A stretch of 64,000 nt of DNA from Octopus sinensis. Its lineage: Eukaryota. The notes beneath the pieces are model-generated. The model worked only from the letters and a program-made list of their open reading frames with translations, ran no database searches and was not told the origin of the DNA. Shown here in pieces: positions 1 through 12,190 of this stretch; within the stretch, counting starts at the first letter, position 1, and each line of letters starts with the position of its first letter. The position numbers and the translations under genes are program-made. Where the stretch lies: the NCBI RefSeq assembly GCF_006345805.1, contig NC_042997.1, positions 55,118,001 through 55,182,000 of the forward strand, written 5' to 3'.

Positions 1-23
1 GTGTATATTTGTCTAACCTCTGA

Positions 24-96
24 GTGTGTGTGTGTATGTGTGCGTGCACGTGTGTATGTACGTGTGTGTATATGTGTGCATGTACGCGTGTGTGTG

Positions 97-145
<49 letters not shown>
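24..145. repeat. (GT)n microsatellite
   Basis: Direct reading of the GT/GTAT run. Confidence 0.95.
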
Positions 146-149
<4 letters not shown>

Positions 150-2316
150 CAGTAAAGATAGGTTTGTGCAAACCAAAAGATAGCATTTTAAAGGATAGGT
201 TAAACTAATACTAAGTTGAACTGATACATGAAAACAAGAGAAAATAAAAGAGAAATAACCGCTGCATTTTCGCTAGTTTATTTACTGCCATCATTGAATT
301 GCATGAACTTCCTAATTCAAATAAAACTTCTTCACAGAACCCGATAGTCATACATAACTTCATTCCTCTGAGCAACAGGGGTTTGATATTAAAAAATGAG
401 TTCATCTGTAGGAAACAAAGAAGAAAAAAGAAAGCAATGTTACAATTCTATGTTTTTATCGATATCTGTTCTCTTGTGAGATTTCATGTTTTTATTTTCT
501 TACATTAAATCCACAACTTACAGAGAATTGAATTCTCGAGTGAAAAACACAATGCGCATAGGTTGTCGCCAACACTCCTTGCAGAGAATCGATTAGTAGA
601 CAACGCAAAACTTCCCGCCAAAAAAACCTGTGGATTGTTAATGCGGTTGGGTCGCTTGCGCTTTTCTACTGTCACCTGGACGCCACAGGGAAGTTATAGC
701 AATAGATAGAAACAAATACATCACTGACAGTAAAACATTCACAGCAGAACAAAACACAAAGAATATTCACAGAATAGTAACAACAAAAAATAAAGCCGCA
801 ACGGAATAGAATAAAATAAAACTTACATAACTCATTAAAGAATGGCACCGTTAATTTCTCTAGAGCTCTATTTTGTTTCTGGTTGTTAACTTCAGTTTCC
901 GCCTGAAGCAACGTCTAGTAAATTGGTGGGCAACAATTAAGCAGGTTCTAATACACGCCTCATCATTGTACATTCTGCAGATGTGCATCAAAATATTTTT
1001 TGTTTTTATAAATATTTTGCTGTGTTTTAAAATGAAAATCTAGATAAAAGCGCCTAGAAAATCAATAAATCTGCTGGAGGCTGCTTTTATCCCCACTATG
1101 TTAGATACTATGTTTTCTTGCAACATATATCTAAGCAAAATACAAAACATTATTCATTCACACATACGTCCATAAATAAACACATAGGAAACGTTTGTTG
1201 TTAATCTGCAGAATATTCACATATTTCAAAATAAAATAACCAATACAGTTAGAATTCCGACATTTCTAGGAAAGGATCAATATCTATCCCTACACAAGTT
1301 TTACTCTTTCTTTGCAATTAACATAAATAGGAAACAAGTTAATGCATACAAAGCATAGTTATTTTTTTATTAATTTAATTCAGAAAATGCTAAAATGTTA
1401 AAACAAAAAGGATATATAGATCCAGAAACCAGTTAACATATTATAAACTAAATGATATTAGAGTACCGAATCCTACAGAAATATATGTTTTTCAAACTTT
1501 ATTAAAAAGGTCATGGTATTGTGTAAAAAGATAAGGATGAAAAGTATACAATGCAAGGAGTAAAATATAGTTGTAATTGTTCGGTTGATGCCTTACACTG
1601 CTATTAGGAGTGTAAGGCATAGATCGGTCATGGCAGTAATTGTAGATAAGAAAACCACATTCCAAGTCCAAAAATGTAAGATGGTGTCGCCACCTCAATA
1701 CAAGTAACATAGATTACACATAAAGAACAGTAATACATGAATGATAGAAGTTCTAAGAAAACAAAACACATCATATTATTTTTAAAGGGAGAGACCAGCG
1801 CTTAACATAACAGGGAATTTCAAGTTTTAGCATAAATTTAGCATATCGAACTGTTCCGTACCTTATGTATCAGTTGTAGATGCAACTAGCTTACAATTCA
1901 AAACTCCGGGTACAAGAATATGCTTGAAAGCTTAAAGCTTGCATATATATTTTGCACGAAAGCAAGATGAAAAGGTTTCTTCTTCACATTCAATGTATTA
2001 CCATACAGGATCATGGTCTTAATATTTTGGATTACTCATTGATGGCAATAATTACCACAGCCGTTTTACCATTTCCTTTTTGCAACTATACAGCATTTTA
2101 TCTTAGAATTACTACCTTCTCCGTTTTTTCAAAAACCTAATGTATTTTGAACACGACGTAGTACTATCCTTGCTCTTGAATGTAAAATAGATGTACAGTG
2201 AGTATCGGTCTTTGAAATTTTCTCGCTTAACCTGATGTATATCTTTTCTGTGACGTCTACTGATTCCGCGTAAGATCTGTATAATATTTCTTTTCAGAGA
2301 TATTTTCTATTTACAG

Positions 2317-2393
2317 AACGACTAACCAATGTCGATTGCACACTGGCCTCCAGCATATTGACAGAGCTACTATTAAGCAGACTTCATCTGTAG
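2317..2393 (+). CDS. Possible internal exon of an unidentified host gene
   Basis: Acceptor tattttctatttacag|, donor TAG|gtaaca; 77 nt open as (1)+TTNQCRLHTGLQHIDRATIKQTSSV+(1); phase-compatible with 8562. No family recognised. Confidence 0.2.
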
Positions 2394-2844
2394 GTAACAG
2401 AAGTTGGTATACTGAAGCCATGAATATGGCATGAAGGAAGGCAAGTCAACGAACAGGGGAAATTCACAGAGCCATTCCTCCTATGTAGTATCGATTCTTA
2501 TGTATCGTTTTGTAATTTATGTTCCAATTTTTCTTTTCTTTTTTTTATTAGTTCAACTTTTGGAAATGGTAAAGCTCTGGCCTCCCGATAAGTCAGTTTC
2601 GTTGTTGGACGTGGAATGTAACGAGTCGAAAGAAACATAAAAAAGCATTTTGCTAACCCATTATTATAACCATCATTTTAAATAATACCAGTAATATTAT
2701 TGCACATAAATAGAGGTCACGTAAATACTTTTAACCAAATTCTTTCTAAATAAATTTGAGCCCATTTCCGAACCGAATACAATAACTTCTATATTTTGTA
2801 ATTGTTTACTTTCAATTTTAAAATTTAACTTTTATGTTGTAGCA

Positions 2845-3068
2845 AAGGTAGCGAGCAGGCAGAATCGTTACTATACCAGGCGAAATACTTAGCGGCATTC
2901 CGTTCCTCTTTACGTTCTGAATTCAAATTCCACCGAGGTCAACTTTGGTTTCCACCCTTTCAGGGTCGATAAAATAAGTAGAAATTGAACTCTGAAGCCG
3001 ATGTAATCGACTTCGACTTACTCAAAATGCCTAAAAATTGCTGGCTTTGTGCCAAAATTTGAAACTAA
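2845..3068 (+). mobile_element. tRNA-derived SINE, family 1
   Basis: A-box-like gcaggcagaatcgtt, B-box-like gaattcaaattcc, central gaggtcaactttg..cacccttt cagggtcgataaaataagta block shared with many copies in the window (resembles the Meta-SINE central domain, from memory). Confidence 0.8.
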
Positions 3069-3071
3069 TAA

Positions 3072-3286
3072 TCCTTTCTGTTATAGGTACAAGGCCTGGA
3101 ATTTTGAGGGTGTGGGCTAGTCCATCTAGTCAACTCCAGGGATGGACTGATACTGAATTTATAGACCCCGAAAGGATGAAAGGTAAATCCGACCACATCG
3201 GAATTTGAACTCGGAACATGAAGACAGGCGAAATGCCGCTAAACATTTTATCTGACGCGCTAACGATTCTACCAGATCACCGCCTT
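3072..3286 (-). mobile_element. tRNA-derived SINE, family 1 (inverted copy)
   Basis: Reverse complement of the same consensus (gaccccgaaaggatgaaaggtaaatccgac..gaatttgaactc). Confidence 0.8.
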
Positions 3287-3334
3287 CAACATTACTGGTT
3301 TCAAATTTTGGCACAAGTTCAACTTTATGTTCTT

Positions 3335-3476
3335 ATTTCAAATTCTGCGGAGGTCGACTTCGGCTTTCATCCTTTCAGGTCGATAAAATAAGTTGCGGTT
3401 GAACTCTGGGATCGACGTAATCGACCTACACCCTCCCCCTAAATTGCTGGCCATGTGCCAACATTTGAAACCAATA
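3335..3476 (+). mobile_element. 5'-truncated SINE, family 1
   Basis: ttcaaattctgcggaggtcgacttcggctttcatcctttcaggtcgataaaataagt to the tgccaacatttgaaacc tail. Confidence 0.75.
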
Positions 3477-3700
3477 TTAATGAGCTTAGATATTAAGAAA
3501 CTCCAACAATAGCCACTCCCTATTTTCTAAAGATGGTAGGTTTAGATTTGAGCAAAATATAACCGCTATTTCTCGTATTCCAAGTTATCTCGTAGAGGGC
3601 ACCGGTTGGCCTGTTAACACACATGCAGAATGTGATGGTAACCAAATGTGATGCGGATGATAGAGTCAGTTCGAGAACGATAGTTGCCGTTGCTCTAGAC

Positions 3701-5015
3701 TACTGGTTCTCAATTGTGGTCTATTAAGCGCATGGGGAGTCCATATAAAATTTTGCTGCTTAAGTTTATGTGAAATAAATCGGTTATATTTCTACAATAC
3801 ACAAAGTATTTAAAAAATGTTAAAAATAATATCTAATAATATTTAATAAATAAAATAAGATTGGATTTTTAAACATGGAATGGTTCTGACTATCTAGTAT
3901 ATATAAATCACTGTATGTGTGTACATTTCCACAATCTTCAATCGATTTTCACCAAACTTTACATACACATTACTTATGTTCCAAGAACGGTCATGTACTA
4001 TAACATTTTGCCCAGAGCTCCCGCGTAAGTGGACCTAAATGGACATAGATTTTTTGTATGTAGGGTTTTCCATAGTTTTAAAATCATTTTATAAAGGTGA
4101 AAATATTTTGTCTATTTATTTCGACTGTCTAGTTGCCACAGTGATTAAATTAACTAGGATCACTGTACGCGATGAATATCCAATACCAAACAATCTTAAT
4201 CTCCTTATTTGAACTGCATTAAACTTTGACAAGCTTACCTTTAACTATTCTGAGTTACTTGAAACGTGATGCTCCCTTCCATCTCTTCTATTTTTTTACT
4301 GTTGTCCATTGTTTCAATACGTTTTATCGTTGTCGTTCTAGCCTTTTTTAAACAATCCAATCTTTAAAAAAGAGTTTTTTCTTCCACTAGCGAAAGCTAT
4401 ACGTATCTTTCAGAAAGTTCCATACGAATTTAACTTTATACCGCATTCACTTTTAGTTTATGCGCAGGCTATGTGGGGAGACAGAATAAAGGGGCTTTTG
4501 TAAGCTTATCTCTCCGAAAAAATAGCCCTCTTTGCTGTTGAAAAAAATAAATTCGTAGAGAAAAAGTTTCTATGTCTTCCTTCAATTTCATTACACCATT
4601 TATGTGGCTGTTTCTGACAGGAAATTTTGCCTTCATGTAAGACAACTATATTTTGTAGTCATTATCGGTAATTTACTCCCCAAACACTTCAGTAGCTGTA
4701 CTTTGCTTCGCTTGCAAACTTATATGTTCTGTGGTCATTAAAGTGCAACGACCTCCACAATAACCAGCCTTCAATTTGATTTTCCGTTCCTAGGTTAATC
4801 GGAAACATAGATTGCCGTGCTACTCATAAGCCTTCTCAGTAGTTCAATTATTTGGTGAAAAAATGCCACCAAAGCAACTTAAACCGTCCAAAGGACGGGT
4901 GCGTTTGCTAGTTTAATAATAACTGTTATAATATTTAATAATGAAAATATAATTGGATTTTTTAAACATGGAATCAAAAGGCTTCATAGATAAAAAAAAT
5001 TGTTGAGAACCACTG
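3701..5015. mobile_element. Non-autonomous hAT (Charlie-like) MITE
   Basis: TIRs tactggttctcaa (3701-3713) / ttgagaaccactg (5003-5015); perfect 8-bp TSD CTCTAGAC at 3693-3700 and 5016-5023, matching the NTCTAGAN preference of Charlie-type hATs. Confidence 0.85.
3893..4911 (+). mobile_element. Non-autonomous Helitron nested in the hAT MITE
   Basis: Inserted at A|T; 5' TCTAGTATATATAAA; 3' hairpin ccgtcc-aaa-ggacgg (4884-4898) then terminal CTAG (4908-4911); no TSD. Confidence 0.7.
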
Positions 5016-5099
5016 CTCTAGACTTTATTTATATGAATTCTAGCTCAATGTTTTAAAATTAAATGAAGTTATTGAAAGTTGATCGTATTTTTGATGTAT

Positions 5100-6300
5100 G
5101 TCTTTTTTGTTTGTCTGGACTGAGTTCTTAGGAGAACACGATAGTACTATTTTGGGGTTGTGTATACAAGTGTGCGTGTTTGTGGGGAAGTGAATGAAAC
5201 GATTGCAGTATACTAGGAAATGACTGGGAGAGGCAGGGCTACTATAATCAGTTTAATAGGTCTAACGATGTGTTTGCATACTAGTGCTGTTATCTCCTCT
5301 TGTGAGAGAACAGGTTTTTATAACATATGATCCAAGAAATTAAAGATGCTATATGTGTTGTCTTTTTCATTATTATACAGGCTTGACAATTCCAAAGGTA
5401 GCTTTGGTGAAGAAAGCAAATAAAATTTAGAGTATGGAATTTGAGTAGTGTGGTGGGTGGCTATGGTAATTTGAAATCGCATTATGAGCAATAGAGAAAT
5501 ATGAGTGGGTTGGTGATGACGAGAATAACTCTGTTTTAGACATTAAATAATAATCAGTCAATGAGGTTCTTTTTCGTTTGAGTGCTTATATTACTTTAAA
5601 ATTGTTATGCTTTGCGCAGTTTACAGACCCGAGGATGAGTAGATGGTGACATGACGAGCTGAAGGTGATGGGAACGACAATTATTCATTCAGACATCAAG
5701 AGTTTTATATGAATGATTATAAGTTTGTTAGACTCTAAAGCTTTCGAATTTTTGGATTGTTGTTCGAGGTTATGTTAAGTAAAAAATATTGTTTACTAAA
5801 GAAATATTGTAATGAGTATAATAGAATACAAGGTTAATATATGTTGTCTAAAACGTAAAGGGACTTCAGTAATGGTTTTGTGTTACTTCTAATGCTGTAC
5901 GCATTATTTTGTACCACAGTGTATAGTATTCATTGAAGTTTTCTCAGTGATTGGGGCGGGGATATTTTTAAGGTGTTTCAGAGGTAAAATGTAAGTTGCT
6001 GGGACAGTTAGTAATGTAAGTAGGGGAATATATATGTTTATTATGGTTACGTGTTTCATGTTGCTAGTTGTGTGTTTCATGTTGCTGGTTATGTGTTTTA
6101 GGATTAGTTTGAATGTTGAAGTATTTTGTCGTGCCGAAGTAGAGTTTATGTATAATATGAAACCTCCATCGTGGTTGTGTAGGCGCTTCATAACACACAT
6201 AAGGCGGATGCTTCATAATAAACATAAATGCATGCAACCAATGCATTACAAATGACACTCGAACACTACTTCAGCACGACATGCTAGAGCATTCGAACTG
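5100..6300 (-). mobile_element. Decayed LINE ORF2, APE endonuclease region
   Basis: Minus-strand HDGGFILYI, VTIINIYIP, frameshifted IT(GD)FNEYYTLW and SCHHLLIL follow the APE order GG.liYi / NIYiP / GDFNAH / SDH; boundaries approximate. Confidence 0.5.
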
Positions 6301-6398
6301 AAAAGCAGCAACACGAAGCACATGACTGTAATAACCAAACATGCTGGGAATTGCGATGTTGGCTGTTTTTATGTGGAAACATGGGCATAAGAATAGAG

Positions 6399-6418
6399 AT
6401 AATGGCGGTACTTCCGGT
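6399..6418 (+). promoter_or_regulatory. Adjacent YY1-like (ataatggcgg) and ETS (acttccgg) motifs, possible TSS
   Basis: Motif match only; a donor-like AAG|gtaaag follows at 6503. Confidence 0.2.
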
Positions 6419-7233
6419 GATATATATTGTATAGAGTTGAGTCACCAATATTGTTTTTACAACATTGATTTACAGTTTGTTGCAAAAATCTACAAATCTA
6501 AAGGTAAAGAAATAAGTTTGCAACTTTAACCTCCAATTTCCTTTCTAGTTATGACGCCACCTTCTGTTTTCTTTATTATGCTGTATAAATTATTCACTTC
6601 TATCTTGATCGATGATATCATGTTTGGAAGTTTGATCTACTGCAGCCTTTGTACATTGGGCAATCCTTTGAGACTAAGTAGCAATTTTGTTGTTCAGCGA
6701 AAGACTGGTTGTTATTCAGACTTATAAAACGTCAGTAACCAAATAACACAGCCAAATTGAAAACTGAGACGAACCAATACTGCCAAGGCAATCCATACTG
6801 AATTATTCTTACCTAATTGGGTGTAAGTATGGCTTAGCAGACTCAATATCTTGTTAGCTTTATTTTCCTGAATTTTTATATAACGGGAATTCAGGCGAAT
6901 GTTTTGAAATATATTTTTTATTCATAGCAAGTAGAGAAACAAGAGAATGTAACTAATTTATTCTAACATTTTAGACGTGTTTGTAAATATTGTTGTCATA
7001 TAAGACTATAGCAAAGACTACCATGATACTTAATTTCCCAAGTTTTTGAATTGTGAAATAGAAAAATGTATCTTTTGATGTTTCAATCGTGCTGTTTATT
7101 GGCTTAGGGACACTCCTCTCTCTCTAGACATGCCACAAAAACTCACTGTTTTCACACCATTAGACTTACGGAAGAAATCAGTGAGGCTGGTCTTTTCTCC
7201 ACGTGTATGTACAGACCTCCTTTTATATGCTCT

Positions 7234-7516
7234 CTATAGCTTTCTCTCTCTCTCTCTCTCTCTCTCTCCCCCACACACACACGCACGCGCGCACACACAC
7301 ACTACCACAATATAGTCAACTCTCAAAATCGTGACATTAGAAAGCGAAACTGAAACTTTGTGATGACAATACCTGTTGCAAATGTTCAAAATTAACATGC
7401 TGCTATAAAACCAAATTTGAGCTACTTGTGTTGATGTATATCTAAAGTTACATTTAGTGCTCAGCAAATGTGCAATAAGTAAATGACAATGTAGCATAAA
7501 AAAGCCTATGGTGAGA

Positions 7517-7586
<70 letters not shown>

Positions 7587-7800
7587 CGTGCGAGAAAGAG
7601 AGAGAGACGGACAGTATGTGAGAGAGCTCGAGCTCGTGAGAGAAAGACGGAGAAAGCGTGAGAGAGAGAGCTCTGAAAGAGAGAAAGCGTGGGAGAGCGT
7701 GTGTGTATGAGAGAGAGAACATGAATAAGAAAGAGAGAGAGAGAGCGTGAGGGAGAGAGAGAATGAGAATGGGAATGAGACAGATAGATAGATATAGAGA
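7234..7800. repeat. (CT)/(CA) and (GA)n compound microsatellites
   Basis: Direct reading; source of the SLSLSL ORFs. Confidence 0.9.
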
Positions 7801-8368
7801 GAGATACTTGCTTTAATTTTTGTAGCACATCTGTTTCCTTGGGATTTGAAAAATAAACATAGCAAAAACGCAGCAGTCTAACATTCCTTGAAACATGAGT
7901 TGCCACCTTTCCTATGGGTAACCTAGTTGGTTTGAATGTTCTTTCTAGTTGAACATTTACATGATGCTATCTAGTTGCTACGCAGTAAGTGGCTTGCTTA
8001 GAAGATTGATTACTGGTGTGAACAACAACAAATCAATAGTTTTGTATCGGGTGGAATCTTTTTGTAGCAGCACTCAAAGAACTAGTTTGCCTGTTTAATC
8101 ATTTTTACTATTTTACACCCATTTCAACCGAATTTTTTTTCCTAATAAATTATAAAGACAATTTGAACAGATAAATTTTTAAAGTTTGTTGAAAGCTCAA
8201 TGAATTTACCTTCAAATCAGAAATAATATTGATGCAAATCCTTTGTTATTCTAGCTTAAATATAGCTTTACAATACATTTTACCCAGATTTGGTTCATGG
8301 TGTCTACTGCAGACTTTTTACTACTGGGATGTGATGAATATTTCTTTTCAATTTAGAACATTATATAT

Positions 8369-8417
<49 letters not shown>

Positions 8418-8561
8418 CTTTTCAACGTAATGTAACTGAAAAGAAAGAAGAAAAAACGAAAAACAACTTCAAAGAAAGAAAAGAAAATATATATGGTTGT
8501 AACAAATAGATCACCAAAAATTTATTACTAAATCTATCATTTAAAAAGGCCTTTCTGACAG

Positions 8562-8667
8562 ATAGTGCGGTATTGAAGAGATGCCATGCCCGAATGAATA
8601 GCTACCAGACCGTCATCAGAGATAATGAAATCCGTATCCGGTTTCTGTCACTGAGCTGTGTGTATCA
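8562..8667 (+). CDS. Possible internal exon of an unidentified host gene
   Basis: Acceptor ctttctgacag|, donor CA|gtaatg; 106 nt, (D)SAVLKRCHARMNSYQTVIRDNEIRIRFLSLSCVY(Q). Confidence 0.22.
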
Positions 8668-8942
8668 GTAATGATATTCTTAATTGCAATTGCTCAGTAT
8701 ACTTAGCTTTAAGCAAGTATAACTTGTAAAATTTACAGCTGTATGTAGTGGCATTTAATCATTGGCTGACAGTCCAGAGGTCAGTTCTTTTCGAAGGCAA
8801 AAGACCAACGGCCTACACTAACACTTCTCGGTCCAGAATTCGAACGTGTTAAAGAGTGTGGCATGAGCTCACATTTTAGTTAGAGCTGCAAAAGAATTTT
8901 TACATGTTTACATTATAACAACCAAATAATGTGTGCGTATGT

Positions 8943-9024
<82 letters not shown>

Positions 9025-9228
9025 TGCTTGTTCGCTTATAATAGTTTAATTTCCAATATATGTACAGGATTTAACTGTTAGTCATTCGGAAGAACATGAA
9101 TAATTATTACTTGTCTCAAAAAGAGTATACACACCAAAAACAAAAAGTCCTTCAATTGGCCTTTGTATTTGCGCTCTTGTTCTAAATACTGATTGGTTGA
9201 AAACCTGGTATATAACCGTTCGTTTCAG

Positions 9229-9369
9229 ATTAAATACATCGTGTACGGAAACACGTCTTCCAGCTGGAAGGGGTAGCCATAAGGAGTGGACAGCTATATT
9301 AAACAAGAATTATGAATTACTAACATATTCATATCGATGTACAAACTTCTTGAATCACAACCTGCCCGG
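9229..9369 (+). CDS. Possible internal exon of an unidentified host gene
   Basis: Acceptor ccgttcgtttcag|, donor GG|gtaaca; 141-nt symmetric exon open in one frame: LNTSCTETRLPAGRGSHKEWTAILNKNYELLTYSYRCTNFLNHNLP. Confidence 0.28.
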
Positions 9370-9895
9370 GTAACATTATTGGTGTACATGTTTTATGACT
9401 GAAATGCATCGTGACCACCGAGAATAGTGGATTACCTTTATGATAGCTTTACGAAACCATGGAATGTGTTTTAGACAATAGTTACTTATTTAAAAATTTG
9501 TATTACCCTCTGCACGCTCCCTAAATGTTTACTGAGCACGTTAATGATATTCCTAATATCTACACCTTTCTTTATAAATATATATGCATGAATATACATA
9601 CATCATTTAAGTATATATGAGCATATCTAGATATGCAATTATATGCATGAGAAAGCATAATAAAACAAAACATACGAATCTGCACGTATACATAATACAA
9701 AAATATCCTGCAGATGTTGAAATTTCAATGAAGGAGCCTTGGATCTTGGTTAGAAACCGGTACTTTCTCTATTGGTAAGAAATCTTGAAGTGAAACTGAA
9801 TAATGACATACATACATACACACATACATACACACATACATACATACACACATACATACATACATACATACATACATACATACATACATACATAC

Positions 9896-10100
9896 GCAGC
9901 GGACTCGCGGTCGCAGGATCGCGGTTTCGATTCTCAGACCGGGCGTTGTGTGTGTTTATTGAGCGAAAACACCTAAAAGCTCTACGAGGCTCCGGCAGGG
10001 GGTGGTGATCCCTGCTGTACTCTTTCACCACAATGGCGGTGCCCCAGCATGGCCACAGCTCAAGAGCTGAAACTGGAAAAACAAAAACAAAACAAACAAA
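9896..10100 (+). mobile_element. SINE family 2 5' half joined to a family-3-type 3' tail
   Basis: 9896-10032 matches the reverse complement of 46760-46855 (tRNA head, B box ggtttcgattc); 10033-10080 resembles the ggcggtgccccagcatggcc tail of the composite SINE. Confidence 0.6.
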
Positions 10101-10169
10101 CATATGCGTTGTCGCAAAACAATATACAATGCCGTTCGGAAAAAAAGACTGTCCTGGAATAAGTATAGA

Positions 10170-10596
10170 GGATCTCTTTCATATTGACTACAAACACACA
10201 CATGAACACAAAGAATACTGGTGGAACATTCCCAGCAAAACATCTCTCAAGTGTAAACATAACCGGCTGGATATTGTTGTTTGGGACAAACAAGAAAATG
10301 TATGTACCGTCATAGAGGTTAGCTATCCTGCTAATATGAATATCTCTTTGAAAATCAAAGAGAAAGAGGATAACAATGAACAACTGCTTCGAAACATTCA
10401 GCTTCTATTTCCAGGTTATAAATTTACATTTATACAAGTAATAATTGGTGCACTTGGTTTTGCAAGTAAATGCCTAAGTGACCATCTGGATAAGCTAGGG
10501 TTTTCAGAAATCAACCGACTAACTCGCACATTACAAATACAATCTGTAAGTTGAACAATAAAAATATGCAAAACTTTGCTCAAGTTTAAAATGTGA
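10170..10596 (+). mobile_element. 3' fragment of an RLE-type LINE (R4-like)
   Basis: YWWNIP..HNRLDIVVWDKQENVCTVIEVSYP..KEKE..IIGALG: PD-(D/E)xK restriction-like endonuclease C-terminus. Confidence 0.85.
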
Positions 10597-11263
10597 CATT
10601 GCTTTTGTTTTCTACATTGCAACGATGGAGATTAGTATCTTTATTAGAAACCAGTTCCTTTCTTAGCTGAATAATTTAAATACATACATAGTTTACTATT
10701 CCATTAAGGAAAGATTAACAAAAAAAGTACTCCACCCAGTGAGAGATAAATATCGTTTAATGTACACAGAATAAAGATATGAGCTACTAATCATTTCTTG
10801 TTTGAAGAAGCGGATGTACACTGGTTTTGATAAAACGCCTTTTGTCTCCAAGAAATTTTTAGGGGCTGAGCACATCATCTATTCAATCTGCAAATCAGAA
10901 CGGTGGTACAAGAGGAATCACGAGAAGGTAGATGCAAAATGTGGAAGGGTGAATAGAAACGGGGACAAAAAAAAGAAAAGAAAATTAAAGCTATGTTCCC
11001 TATGACCGTAAACCATAATTAAGCGAACTGTTGTAGAATAGTTCAACGGAGAGGGTTACAATGTATGCGAGACAACCGCTCAATCCTGTGAGGATGACGT
11101 CCTCCAGTTTGCCGAAAGAAATTGTCCAACCTTCCCAACCACATGATTTCGGGTTCAGTCCCATTGCGTGGCACAATGGGCAAGTATCTTCTACTGTAGC
11201 CTCGGGCCGAGCAAAGCCTTGTAAGTGGATTTGGTGACGGAAACTGAAAGAATCCTATCGCGC

Positions 11264-11300
<37 letters not shown>

Positions 11301-11307
<7 letters not shown>

Positions 11308-11422
11308 ATCACGTGACCGACCAGACCATCAGATGTTGCTACACATCGCTGGTCACAATGCGTTCGCATTGTTTTTTTAGCCTTCGAATGACGCCACCCC
11401 GCTGGCTAAGCGAGCAGGCCAA
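11301..11422 (-). mobile_element. SINE family 2 3' fragment
   Basis: Near-identical to 46609-46730; ends tcacgtgatcacgtga. Confidence 0.8.
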
Positions 11423-11438
11423 TATATATATATAATAA

Positions 11439-12133
11439 TATTAGGAAGTAAATCCAAACTTACAGGGAAAAATTAGATTTAGGATTAAATCCAATTTTAT
11501 AGTATAAATATATATTATATTATATTAGAGATAAAACCACTATTAGGCAAATCAAACAGTGAAAATCATAAGCCAATACATAGAAATAAAATTAATTAAA
11601 AAATATAAAAAATATAAAATATAAAATAAGAATCCAATTAAAATATTAAAAATTAAAGTTAAAATTTAAAAAATTATTTAAATTAATAATTTAAACTTAT
11701 AAATTATAAATATATATATTTTTATTATTATTTTATTTAATTATTAATTTTTTATTTCTTATTTTTATTTATATTTTTTTTAATATATTTAAATTTTTTT
11801 TATACTATCAAAAAGTATTAAAAGTTTAATATAAGATAAAGATATTAAACTTTTAATACTTTTTGATAGAATAAAAAAAAAATTAAAAATATATAAAAAA
11901 TATAAATAAAAAAAAAATTAAATATGATAATAATAAAAATATATATATATTTATAATTTATAAGTTTAAATTATTAATTTAAATAATTTTTTAAATTTTA
12001 ACTTTAATTTAAATATTTTAATTGGATTTTTATTTTATATTTCATATTTAAAAAATTTTTTAATTAATTTATTTCTATGTATTGGCTTATGATTTTCACT
12101 GTTTGATTGCCTAATAGTGGTTTTATCTCTAAT
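11439..12133 (-). mobile_element. AT-rich near-perfect palindrome (~300-bp arms), probable PLE terminus with inverted duplicate
   Basis: Arms 11524-11832 / 11842-12133; unpaired ~85-bp left extension; extension and outer arms homologous to the hammerhead-bearing palindrome at 43951-44451; sits in (TA)n. Confidence 0.6.
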
Positions 12134-12141
12134 TTAATATA

Positions 12142-12190
<49 letters not shown>

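Noticed and set aside
7167-7230. VHT(R)GEK resembling a C2H2 linker on the minus strand
   Set aside because: No flanking Cys/His finger; purine-rich acceptor; likely chance
7341-7445. Short Cys-rich frame LCDDNTCCKCSKLTCC
   Set aside because: No start, signal peptide or good acceptor
8545-9300. Minus-strand peptides LSTPYGYPFQLEDVFPYTMY and KPDTDFIISDDGLVAIHSGMASLQYRT, vaguely cadherin-like
   Set aside because: No cadherin DxD or DxNDN motifs; poor acceptor for the second piece; conflicts with better splice sites on the plus strand
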